NCBI RefSeq assembly: GCF_026571515.1
Contig: NW_026860451.1
Location: 1-64,000, forward strand
From: Ruditapes philippinarum
Lineage: Eukaryota
Reading direction: 5' to 3'
Length of the DNA stretch: 64,000 nt
Part shown: piece by piece, positions 38,801 through 50,619 of the stretch
How positions within the stretch are numbered: position 1 is the first letter of the stretch
Layout: each line of letters opens with the position of its first letter
Translations under genes and position numbers: made by a program
Notes under the pieces: model-generated
The model's input: only the letters and a program-made list of their open reading frames with translations
Databases searched by the model: none
What the model was told of the DNA's origin: nothing

Positions 38801-41496
38801 ATACCAGGGCTCTCAGTAGGGTCAGAATTTCACGAGTCAAAGACTCTTTGGCCAAACTTTTCATGAGTCAAATCATTTTTTTCTAGTGTCATTTGACTAC
38901 ATGAAACATTTTTATGTTACAAAAATGACTGTATTGGAGGTCATTTTTGGAGATTCCAAAGTCTAAATTGACAGAAAAAAATCCATAATTATTTATGTCT
39001 ATATCCCCCCTCCACCTAAAAAAAACAAAAACAAAAAAAACAAATAAAACAAAAAAAATGAATTGCTGTGAAAGAATAAAATAAGCAGCAGCTTTTCTGA
39101 TTAAATGTATAAAATATAAAAAAAAATATCTTTACAGGTATGCTATATCATATTAATTTTAAATACCAAAATGTACCTGGAATATTTAATGGAAAAAGAA
39201 AGAACAAATGCACAGGTACTCCAAGTAAATCAAAGAGTATTATAAACCTTTAAAAGCAATCATTAATTGGCACCTCAAGTATGTAATTCTTATCAGTTGT
39301 GTAGAGCTATTTTTAGCACTGTCAATTGCAGCCACTGAATTGTCGCGCTTCAGTGCACAGGGTATAAACAATTGCAGTGTGTAAAGCATTTTATACAGGG
39401 CTTATACTGCCTGTTGACATTTTTAATGAGTGTCATTTGAGCATATGTAGGATTTGATAGGTAATTAGGGGTGATTAAAGGTAATTATTATTGAATAGCT
39501 GAAAATCCCATGTGGCAAATTGACTCTTGAGCGGTTTTTATCACGTGTCAAATTTGTGCATTTCCCAATTTTCACGAGTCAAAACCCGGATCCCCGTGTC
39601 AATCGAGAGCCCTGATAATACTATGATTTTATTTGATCTCAAAATGAAATCATGATTTTCTTTCATGTATAACAAATACCTGATGCTCTAACTAAATAAC
39701 TATGCAAAGGAATATTATAGGAGTCAGCCAAAGTAAATCACAGAAACAAATAAACATTACAATCAATCCTGTTTAAAATCAAATATATTTTGGGACTTTG
39801 ACAAAATGCCTGTAGTACCAGATATCTATATAATTGGGGTGCTTAACTAAGACTATGATAACAAGAATAATCATAGATTATGCTTAAGGGTTGTCGTAAG
39901 TAGAGGGCCATTGTGGAAGTTTGGGATTCATTTACTGCTTGTTTTTGGCTTGTGACTTCCAAAATGTAATACTTTTCCTTCTTTACCTATGTAATGTGAC
40001 TTCCAATTTTAGACATTTTACAGTTTTTGACTTCCAAATTTTGGAACTTAATGGAAGCCCTGCCAAAATGAGTCTTGACAGCCTCAAAGACATTTTAGAC
40101 TGCCTTAAAACTTTGCAGACACTCTTTGTTGTATGTGATAAACCAAGTGTCCACTTCAAATTCAAAACAGACTGTCTAAAAATTTTTTAATGACAACCCT
40201 GCTGCACACATGGACAACACATCATTCAACTTCCATCTTAAAAATCTTTCCATATGCTCCATTCTACGGTGGCACAGAGGTGACATGTGGGTGTCTTAAT
40301 TTATCTCGTTCCCACGAGATAATAAGTCGTTCCCACGAGATAATATCTCGTTCCCACGAGATAATTATCTCGTTCCCACGAGATAATAAGTCGTTCCCAC
40401 GACATAATATCTCGTTCCCACGAGATAATTATCTCGTTCCCACGACATAATATCTCGTTCCCACGAGATAATAAGTCGTTCCCACGACATAATATCTCGT
40501 TCCCACGAGATAATATCTCGTTCCCACGAGTTAATTATCTTGTTCCCACGAGATAATATCTCGTTCCCACGAGATAATTTCAGCCAATCAAAACTCAGTA
40601 TAGTGGAAAAATTAAAAGTTATTTCCCTTTTTTTAACAAATGCTAAAATGGACTTTAACAATCAGGCTAATATTAGAAACCTTATATCAAGATACTTTCA
40701 TGAAAGATTGAATTACCGGCAAATAGTGACTGTGTTGCGAGAACAACATGGGATATTATTGTCAATAAGACATTTATATAGACTTTTAAGGTCTGAAGGA
40801 CTTCAACGAAGGTCGTACTCTGATCCATCTTCAGTTATAGACTTCGTCCAGAATGAACTCCAACATTCAGGCCAGCAACACGGATACAGGATTATGCGTG
40901 AAAGATGTCTGGCAAATGGTTTTCCTGTCACATTGAAAGCTTTTCATTGGCTAATTTATCTTGTTCCCACCAGATAATTATCTCGTGGGAACGAGATATT
41001 ATCTCGTGGGAACGAGATAATAAGTCGTGGGAACGAGATATTATCTCGTGGGAACGAGATAATTAACTCGTGGGAACGAGATAATAAGTCGTGGGAACGA
41101 GATATTATGTCGTGGGAACGAGATAATTATATCGTGGGAACGAGATATTATGTCGTGGGAACGAGATAAAAAAAGACACCCACATGTCACCTCTGTGCCA
41201 CCGTACCATTCTGCCATTCAAGAACTTTTTCTACAATATACCAAGCACAATTTGCGTCTGAAAGTTAATTTAAAAATGAGATGATAATAAGAACTTGATA
41301 ACTATTCAATAAATAACTTAAATAGATCTGAACCTGAATGTTTATATAACTCTTGAAAACTTACAATTCCACTGAACACTAGAGTAACATCACAGAATTC
41401 TGACTGAGCTAACATTTGATCATACAAATGTTGTTGTAGTTTGACAGCATGAGTTGATGTGTTACCCATCTGTCGAGGGTATGGCTCATCCTCCAT
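35868..41496 (-). CDS. Kelch-like BTB-BACK-Kelch protein (667 aa from ATG 41496)
   Basis: Exons 41496-41365, 38730-38646, 37654-35868 join in frame: FCDVTLVF..MKAHWCVLVSCPYFQSLYNSGMSE..FLYTG..ILEVADYLQIDDLKTAC (BTB), SNCV..IIRWVEHD (BACK), ILVVGG..WTELAPLP and LYVIGG..YDLENRKWE (Kelch), acidic C-terminus. Confidence 0.9.
38805..39614. mobile_element. Non-autonomous TIR DNA transposon (hAT or P superfamily) in Kelch gene intron
   Basis: TIR CAGGGCTCTC/GAGAGCCCTG, 7-bp TSD ATAATAC, repeated subterminal TTTCA(C/T)GAGTCAAA motif. Confidence 0.75.
40265..41205 (+). mobile_element. Internally deleted IS3EU-like DNA transposon
   Basis: Perfect 31-bp TIR TACGGTGGCACAGAGGTGACATGTGGGTGTC, TAC...GTA termini, 6-bp TSD CCATTC, mirrored arrays of a 21-22-bp unit (TCGTTCCCACGAGATAAT), internal ORF from ATG ~40648 resembling a transposase N-terminus (ISRYF...Y.QI...L...HGILLSIRHLYRLL...HGYRIM). 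Confidence 0.85.
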
Positions 41497-43621
41497 CTTT
41501 GACCCAATCTCTTCTGAAAGAAGACCCCTGAAAGTACAAATAAACATATTATAACTTAAGCATTACATTCTTTAAATAGCCTTAATTATCAAGTATGTTT
41601 GAAAAAATATGTTTGACAATGACCAAATACGTTGACACAAAATATGTACCGATCATTCGTGTCAAGTTTGGATGAAATTGCACCAGTACTGAGTAGTTTC
41701 TGAGGAGTAGTCCAGACAAGTTTTGTGCGGACAGAGGGTCAGACAGATGGCGGAGAAATGATCCCTATATGTTGCTGCTACTCACTAGCAGGCAACACAA
41801 AATTTGGCATTTACTAAGTACTGTTGAAAAAAACAGAAAAGGCTTCTTTTCCCATGAAACACTCTGCTGAGCGTTTTTTTTAATTTAGAATTTGTGAATG
41901 GGAAAGGTCCAGTCAAATTGGGAAAAATGTATTGTGATGCCAAAAAATTTGGAATTTTTTTAAAAGTTTATAATTTTTCACATAATATTTGTTATTGTGA
42001 CTCATGACGGGACAATGGTTCCAGTGTAATTGGCATGCTTATTATGTTATCTTTACAATGTAAACATGTTCCATCAGCGCATTCTAAATTTATCTGTTTT
42101 TTCAATTGGGAAGGTAAATTGAAGCATATGCTGATAAAGTTTATTCCTAGGTATTAACAATATTAAATTGGTCAGGTGCCGCAAATACACGCAGCAAATT
42201 TAATTTGTTGAAAACCTACTTATAAATTTGAACTAGGTTACAGTACAGAATTGTTTTAAATTATTTTTAAAAAAACTCGATTTACATGACTGATTACTTA
42301 TTTGCTGATTTTTCAATGAAAATGAGTTACGATCATTTGAAATACTGCAATCCTATTGGACAAAAAATAATTTCAAACACTAAATATATGTATATGTTTA
42401 TAATGATATTAAAAGAAAAACAAAGAAACATCAATATTTAAATATTTTATTAAAATAAATCACGGTCCGTCTCGTCTAGAGTCACGGTCCGCCTTGTCCA
42501 AACATTACATACGGTCCACCCTGGTACGGTCCGCCCCGTCTCACGGTCCGCCCTGTCTGTAATTCCAAAATCTATATTCTACTTATTTTTTAAAGAACTG
42601 AAAGATGTTTCTTGATTTCAAATCAAATTCAACTTTGCATTAATAGTGTTGCGATAAGTTTTCTGTGTGTGAAAATGACTGTTAAATTAATAAAATTATG
42701 CTAACAGTTTCACAGTAGAAACAAACAGTTTGTTGAATAAGTCAAACCATTCATCAGTTCATGCTCAATATTAAGTAACTCAAGGGCCCTTAAACTTAAA
42801 ATGTTATCAGTTAAAATGGACTGATTGCTGTTCTTGACTTAAACAGTGTTAAAGATAAACAGAACATTTTTTTCATTACTGTACATTTTAATCAATTCTT
42901 TATTTTATTAACTTAAAGCACATTTTTGATCATTATTTTGAAGTGGGGCAAATCATGACTAAAGAGTAAAGAGGGGCAAATCATTATGGTGTGAATCGTT
43001 ATCAATTTCTTACCGAAATGTTTGACAATGTGAATAACAAAGGTGTTTTATGAATATCTAAAATTTATGTCTTGAATTCTTTATCACCCAATAAACTTGA
43101 TTTCGTCATAATTAAAAACCATTGAAGCGAAAGAGCTACATTTTAAAATGATAAATGCGGAAGTGTATAGTGATTTTTATCCGAAGATTGCGTATATCCG
43201 GATACTACTGCATACAACAATATGTTCACAGTAAGAACTTAGACTAACTAGAACGATGATAGTAATCTGACAATATTCTTGAAATAAATATGATGTAAAA
43301 TGAAAAACTAAAGGTGTTACAAAAGAAAAAATAGCGATTTCGTTACCAATTTTCAACTTTATCGCAGAGCGCTCTTGAACTGCGTTTGATTTCCATCGCA
43401 TGCCTCTTACGATTATGTTGAGTTGCCCATCGAGTATTTATTTCCTCAGACATCCCTAATTGTGGGCTACCAACAAGAAATAGGCTATGGAAAACATATA
43501 GGTCTAACAGTTTGTGTTGAAGTGGAAAATAGTTAAAATCTTTAATAAGAGATGGCAGGAATGATTAATAGTAAAATTCTGTATTTGTGTGGATATTTTG
43601 TGCGTCATCCGCTGTTCCAGG

Positions 43622-44557
43622 CACAGGTGCTCGTCCAGCAGATCTTGGTGCTCATATAAAAATAAATTGAAGTTAAAAAAAAAACAAAAAACAAAAAATA
43701 GTATTATGAGCGTATAGAGCGTAGGAGATTTATAACTCCTACGTAGGAGATAAAAAAAAAGCCTAATTAGGAGTTTGAAAGTCCTACGTAGGACTATATT
43801 AGACCTACGTAGGACTTTATAACTCTTACGTAGGAGATATAAAAACCTAATTAGGAGTTTCAAAGTCCTACGTAGGACGTACAAACTCCTACGTAGGACT
43901 TTATAACTCAGGATAGGAGTTAAAAAAGCCTAATTATAGGAGTTTATAACTCCTATACGTAGGACTTTATAAGTCCTACGTATAACTCCTACGTAGGAGA
44001 TAAAAAACATAATAAGGAGTTTTAAAGTCCTACGTATATAGGAGTTTAAAAGTCCTAGGTAGGAGTTTATAACTCCTACGTAGGACTTTATAAGTGTTCC
44101 TCTAACGTAGCTATTATAAAGTCCTACGTAGGAGTTATAAACTCCTAATTAGGCTTTTTTAACTCCTACGTAGGAGATAAAAACATAATTAGGAGTTTTA
44201 AAGTCCTACGTAGGAGTTTAAAAGTCCTACGTAGGAGTTTATAACTCCTACGTAGGACTTTATAAGTTTTCCTCTACGTAGGAGTTATTTAAAGTCCTAC
44301 GTAGGAGTTATAAACTCCTAATTAGGTTTTTTCTATCTCCTACGTAGGGGTTTTCAATTTTTATAGAACAATTGTTAAATTGGCACCAGGACGCTTCCGT
44401 ACGAAGTAGTAATGGTATATAGGAAAAAAACATTTTTTCTCTTTCCCCTAACCCAGAATAGTTGTTTAGGTGGGTTTTTTGGGGTTTTTTTTGTTTGTTT
44501 GTTTTTTTAACTTCAATTTTTTTGTATATGGGCACCAAGACTGGACGAGCACCTGTG
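43622..44557. mobile_element. Non-autonomous TIR element (P-superfamily-like) containing a palindrome array
   Basis: TIRs CACAGGTGCTCGTCCAG..TCTTGGTGC(T/C)CATATA..AAATTGAAGTTAAAAAAA at both ends; 8-bp TSD GTTCCAGG at 43614-43621 and 44558-44565. Confidence 0.8.
43715..44350. repeat. Array of short perfect palindromes centred on CCTACGTAGG / CCTAATTAGG
   Basis: Roughly 25 units such as ACTCCTACGTAGGAGT and AAAGTCCTACGTAGGACTTT spaced about 22 bp apart. Confidence 0.9.
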
Positions 44558-45078
44558 GTTCCAGGAGGGAGCTAGTAGATCAGGAAGGTACTTTTCATGT
44601 TTGTTTGTGTCATCTTATTTCTTAGGATTCCCAGTCAACTTCATTCGTGACTTTAACATTAGACACGAGTTTAGTCGTTCCAGTTATTATTTTAGCGGTT
44701 TCATGTTTAATTTATTCGAGCTCCTTTTTATTACACAGTGTACAATTATCAAAAGCACATCTCCATATTCTACAATCTGTCTTATCATTATGAAAGATTG
44801 GTACACGACTTCTAATGATTTCATGTCGAACTAGAATTATATTTTTTCATAACGTTTCTTCTTTTCCAAGCTTTATTATTGATATATTCGATATGTGTGG
44901 ACCATCGTAGGTCATGAATGAAAGCACGGATTTATATAAATCCGTGATGAAAGTAATACTTTTAATAGTAGTATTTGTGAATACGTAGTTCTTTTATTTG
45001 TGTGGCTTGCATAAGGATGGAATGATAAATTATGTTTCTGCTTGTTTTTCGTGCTATCAATAGGGACTCTGTTTCAAA

Positions 45079-45177
45079 TAGAGACAAAACTATGAATTGA
45101 AACAAGAAATACTGGAAATTAGGGATGACATGGTATATAAGATCTTGTCACTTGAGTTGTAATAAATTAGCTAAAAT
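45079..45177 (+). pseudogene. Orphan duplicate of C1qDC copy 1 exon-1 3' end and intron start
   Basis: Near-identical to ~47779-47880 but lacking the 4-nt insertion; reads RQNYELKQEILEIRDDM then GT. Confidence 0.8.
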
Positions 45178-45180
45178 TTT

Positions 45181-45388
45181 TGGTTTGCGACCAGCATGGA
45201 TCCAGACCAGCCTGCGCATCCGCGCAGTCTGATCAGGATCCATGCTGTTCGCTTACAAACCCTATATAACAAGTAGAGAAACTGATAGCGAACAGCATGG
45301 ATCCTGATCAGACTGCGCGGATGCGCAGGCTGGTCTGGATCCATGCTGGTCGCAAACCCATTATGTTGGTTTTGTCATGACACGGCTC
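45181..45388. mobile_element. Sola2-like palindromic MITE, left end truncated (family of 4449-4675)
   Basis: GCGACCAGCATGGATCCAGACCAGCCTGCGCATCCGCGCAGTCTGATCAGGATCCATGCTGTTCGCT and its exact reverse complement; right terminus GGCTC. Confidence 0.8.
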
Positions 45389-47609
45389 ATATAATTATGA
45401 CAATATGAATATTAAGTTCTTGCATGTAATTGATCGATGTGTCAATTGTTATATGCACATATATTATGCTTTTGTAAATATAATGCGGATTCGTTTCTTC
45501 ATTTTTATAAATGAATTTTGTCATTGCCATCTGTTTGCCAAATAAACATATTTTTTGTTGTTGTTGTTGTTTTTTTTTGGGTTTTTTTTCCGTCTCCTGA
45601 GCTGGCTCAGTGTGGATTTTTAGAATCGTTGAATATCCGTCATCTGTCGTCTGTCCACATTTTGTTCGTTAATACGCTAGATATCACATTTTTGCCTCAT
45701 TTGTCATCAAACGTTGACATGATGTTTGTTCCGATAGAATTCCCAAGCGAGGTCTTCCTTAAGCTTGCTGAATACTAAGTTTGATAATTTCTCATTCCTA
45801 ACTTGAGTTATCGCCCAGTAACTTTTTTTTCTATATTTAGTGACAGTTGCTCGACCTTAAACATAGGGAGTCAAATGGCAATCCCAAGCGAGCTTGCTAT
45901 ATACCAAATTTGATTATAACATCAAATTAAATTATTCCTAAATTTAATCTTTGTCAGGAAACCATTTTTTTCTATTTTTAGTAAAAGTGACATTGACCTT
46001 GGACCTAGGGTGTTCAAAAGCAATCACAGCGAGGTCTACACATCAGTTTGCTATATTTTGATGATGTCTAATATTTCATTCCTAGCATTAGTTTTCGTCC
46101 GGAAACCATTTATCTATTTTAAGTAACAATATTTCATTAACCTTGACCATAGGGATTACAAAGGCGATATCAATTGGATTCTTTACATGCTTGCTTTGTA
46201 TCAAGTTTGATTACAATATCTCTTTCTTAATACTAGTTATCGTCTACTACGTCTAGTGGCCTTGACCCTAGAATATACAAAAGACAAGCCCAGACGGGGT
46301 TTCATATATACTAAGCTTGCTATATGCTAGGTTTCATTATAACATTTCATTCCAAACTATTGTTATCGCTCAGAAACCATGAAGTGAACCGACCGACGGA
46401 CAGACCGACCGACCAAAAAGCTTACCCCTATATTCTCCTCAAAACTTCTTTATGTGGATATGAAAAAATATAAAGAAAATATTACGATACCATATCAATA
46501 TTTAAGCACAGAAATATATTATTAATGATAGTATACTATCTAAGAAAACTCTAAAACTTTCATTTAAAATTCACCATTGCTCCTAAAATCGTTAATTCAT
46601 AAGTAAAAAAACCTTAAAACCCAAAATAAACACACATTTATTGATACTGATATTTAATGAATTTATTGCATTTCCTTTTAAAATATGAGAACGAAACGTC
46701 TAAACAATTACAGCTATCAAGCTATAGCTTCCAGCTAACAACACCTAGAAAAGATAAAATAAAAACCTTAAAATGCCCAGCTTGACACAACTAAAATGGT
46801 GCTTGGGAGCATGAAAGATGTTGCACATTCCATTTACTCTAGTGAACAGACTCAATCAAACTGAACTTTCTTTTTCACTTTTCACTGCTGTCGAAGGAGA
46901 ATTTAGTTACACGTGCAGATGTCAGATTTTTGAATTAAGTAACATCAAGAAGAATGCGTCGGCTCCAAAGGATCAAGAATGAAAGAACTAACTAGAATGA
47001 AATTCTTGGAGATGGGATCAGAAGTTATAAAGCCTGCTCATCACAGATAATTTACTGCCAGAAGACAACTTTACAAAGCAGGCATCATATTTAAGAAATA
47101 CCGTAACCACACAAAAAATAAATGATTACATCGATGCAAGTAAAAATACAACTAAAATAACAATGATATTTTTTTCAAGATTGTATAAAAAAGAAATATC
47201 GCACGGAGGGACACTTAAGGTCTTCCCCTATCTCTGAAGCACGAAAGTCACCATATGACCTTCAAAAAATGAGGTTTGACCTAATACCTAACAACAACAA
47301 AAAAAGTAAATAAATAAAATTGTAATAGAATAGAAAATAAAAGAAACAAAATATTTTACATTACAGAGTACCCCTAATTTGAGCCCCTTAATGATATTTA
47401 ATGGAGAAAACTGTAAAGATACGAACGAAATATTATCATATGTTGATAAACTTGAACTATTAGTGTATTAAAAATCTCTACTAAAACCTTAATTTATCTC
47501 AAACGTGATGCTTTAATGATCTTTATTCTATATTTAAGTAGATAACAATTTGATAAAGTCATTTTCTTATGAGCTAATTCATTACTTGGATTGACTGGCG
47601 GTTTCAAAC

Positions 47610-49545
47610 ATGTTAGTTTTTGTTTGTTTCGTTTATTATTTAGCCGTAGCGAGTGCACATGGAATTCAAGAAGAATCTTTTAGGAAAAATATCATGAATG
47701 AAATAACAGCATTGAAAACAAGACAGAATTCGTGTGACAAAAAAGTTTCTGAATTACAGGCTGTCGTAGATGAACTACAGAGACAAAACTATGAATTGAA
47801 ACAAGATCGAAATACTGGAAATTAGGGATGACATGGTATATTAGATCTTGTCACTTAAGTTGTAATAAATTAGCTAAAATTCATTTTTCTTAAAGTTTCA
47901 TAACATCTTATGTTTTATTCAGGTATAACCAGTCATAAATTTCAAAACTGGTCAGGAAGAGGCAAGTATTCGTGTCAAGCTTACGAAGTTGTTACAATAA
48001 AGGCCCATTTTGCATCAAAAATGCTTTTATTTTCATTTTTTTTTAGTTTTTCTAATTTTGATGTGCTTTTATAGTATCCAAGTATCCAAAAGGTTTCTCA
48101 TTGGCCAATTACCTGAACAATCTTTTTCATCTGTTGCTTTTCGGCAGTAATTAAGTACAGGTATAGTGATTTAGTATTTTGTATGGAAGTCAAAAAAATG
48201 CTTCCGTTACATTTTGCCATTTCTATGACGAATTATTTCACATTTATAGCTACTTTTTCAGGTAACAAGCATCTATAACATTTCTCTAAAATCATTATTT
48301 TAACATTATAAAATTCATATTCCCCTTTATAAAGAGAAAAGTATTTGTTTCTGATGCATAATGTGCCTTTAATAAAATATTCATTTACTATAAAACCTTA
48401 GTATACTATTATTACAGAATCCGTCTAAAGAAAACTCTGTTCTCGAAAATCAAGACTTTACAGACAATGTTACAAGTAGCAGCAACCGACAGAGACGTAA
48501 GTGGAAACTTTTTTTCTATCTTCTTGCTTAGATATAGCTTGATTATCGTTAAAAAATTTCATACAATGTATGCGATATTTTTCAAGTGTGCAATTCTTGT
48601 ACACAATTTTTTGAAACAAGAATAATGAGAAAATGTCAGTTTGTGTATATCATACACCAGTCTTTGAATTCTTTTTGCCTATTTACCTTACATACTAGTA
48701 TATGTATATTTAATGATTATATACAAATGGAAACCTAACATAGGTTACAAAATGACAAAATTGAAAAAATTATGGACTATATGCCCCTAGCACAAACTTA
48801 ATCAGAGGTCGACATTTAAGCATTAAAATGGTGCTTAATGAAGAATTTAGAAACAGTTTCAGATATGTTCATAAGGCGATGAGCCTGGAACCTATATTGT
48901 GTATTCGAGAGATGTGTGGTCCATTCAGTAGTGTGTGACCAATGAAAATCAACAAATTCACCATGTTGCAAAGTATCTTGTAGTTGTTTCTTTTCTTATC
49001 CTTCCTATTTGACTAATGTTGTTATGGGGAAATTCATGTTTAGTCTTATAGCTGCATCCTCAGGGAATAGCAAATATAAAGACATATAAAGATTTTTGCA
49101 GTATATATTTTCTACAGGAATGGTAACTGGCGGCCAGGTGGTGGCATTTACAGTCGGCATATCTAGTTTCAATCTAAATCATTTAGGAGATTACCACACA
49201 ATCATCTTCGATAAAGCCATCACCAATATTGGAAATGCCTACAGCGTTAACTCTGGTATATTCCAAACACCACTGAAGGGAGTTTATGTGTTCACCTTGA
49301 CAATGATGGTTATTCCCTACCACGCTGAGTATCTGCAAATTGTTGTCGATGGAAATCTAATTACTGATATAGCTGCATTTGCCTCCTCCATTAATGAATA
49401 TGTTTCAACTACTAGGCAGTGGGTACTCGATTTAAAAGCTGGGTCTGAAGTTTGGATTAGAACATCTCCGATTGGAAATAGAGGAGAGATACACGGTCAC
49501 ATGCACACAAGTTTCAGCGGATTTCTACTGTTTCAAACTGCTTAA
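47610..49545 (+). CDS. Secreted coiled-coil C1q-domain protein, copy 1 (4-nt insertion in exon 1; possible pseudogene)
   Basis: Exons 47610-47835, 48418-48496, 49118-49545. Signal peptide, coiled coil, C1q motifs VAF, IIFDKAITNIGNAY, GIFQTPLKGVYVF, GSEVWI, TSFSGFLL. Exon 1 is 226 nt and hits TAG at 47823-47825 unless 4 nt are removed. Confidence 0.85.
47999..48372. mobile_element. Kolobok-like MITE in intron 1 of C1qDC copy 1
   Basis: TAA-AGGCCCATTTTGCATC ... GATGCATAATGTGCCT-TTAA; homologous to 27719-28087. Confidence 0.6.
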
Positions 49546-50619
49546 TTATTATAATTTACTAATGGCTGAAACAGTAACATGATTAAATAGATTTAAAATC
49601 AAAATTTTGACTTATAGTTGTTCAGTTGTAATACAAACGCGATGACGGAATTGATAGTTAATTAGTATTAGAATATGGATATTGAAATAAAATGTATACA
49701 AGAAGGGTGTCGTCAAACAAATTGTATAACTTGATCTTCATAGTCGGTTGCTCACCTTTATCATAGTTTAAAATTGCATATTTTACCAATGTTTTAATAT
49801 TCGGTACAAAAATGCCAGACACCAGCTATTTTAATTTTGGATATGGAAGTGCCAAGAGTTTAGTTAGACCACTGTGTACATCATTGAGTGTGATAAGGCT
49901 CGATAATAAATGCTTACTACTTTATATTTTCATCTTGATATCTACAAAATTGATATTATGCAGGTCCAAAAAGAAGCTGAAAAACTACATTTATAAATTC
50001 AAGTGCGACCAGTGATTACATATGTATCGTCGGATGATAGCCATTTAAAACAGTTGAATTCAGGGGTGTTTTGACAGTTTGTTATATTGCGATGTTCCAA
50101 TAGCATTTTGCAGTTAAACTTAATAAACGCCTTCGGTGATCCAATCACTAATAAATTATCCTAAAGTCAATGCAATATGCAAGAGCCATCCAGAACATCT
50201 CACCGATATACATTCATTGCTATATTTTAGGTATGATAAGGCCAAAAAAGCCAAAAGTTTTCACACGCCATTGACACAAGAATAAAAAATAAAATTCGCA
50301 AAAAATCGTCAGTTCAATACAAATACATGTGTTTTTCAATTATATCTTTATTACTTTTCTTAATGCTTGTTTAAATTGTTTAAAGAATACGATTTACATG
50401 TATAACGAAACATCAAAAATCAAAGCCCTCTCCAAGTATGATGTAACAACCCGAAATAACACAATTTGACTATTACATGTTGAACGACCTTGAAATTTGA
50501 ATACTCTTCTAAAATCCAAAATTCTTATCTCATAGTTTAAATTCAGCGTACGTTAGATGTCATTTAATTGTTTATCTTATGGTTTTATTCATTATCTGGA
50601 CTAACTGAAAGATTTAAAC

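Noticed and set aside
40300-41170. Regular 21-22-bp repeats resembling a CRISPR array
   Set aside because: No unique spacers, arrays are mirror-inverted within TIRs and a TSD, no cas genes, eukaryotic context.
43715-44350. Palindromic repeats as CRISPR, and ORF 43504-43884 as a gene
   Set aside because: No spacers; the ORF is a translation of the repeat.
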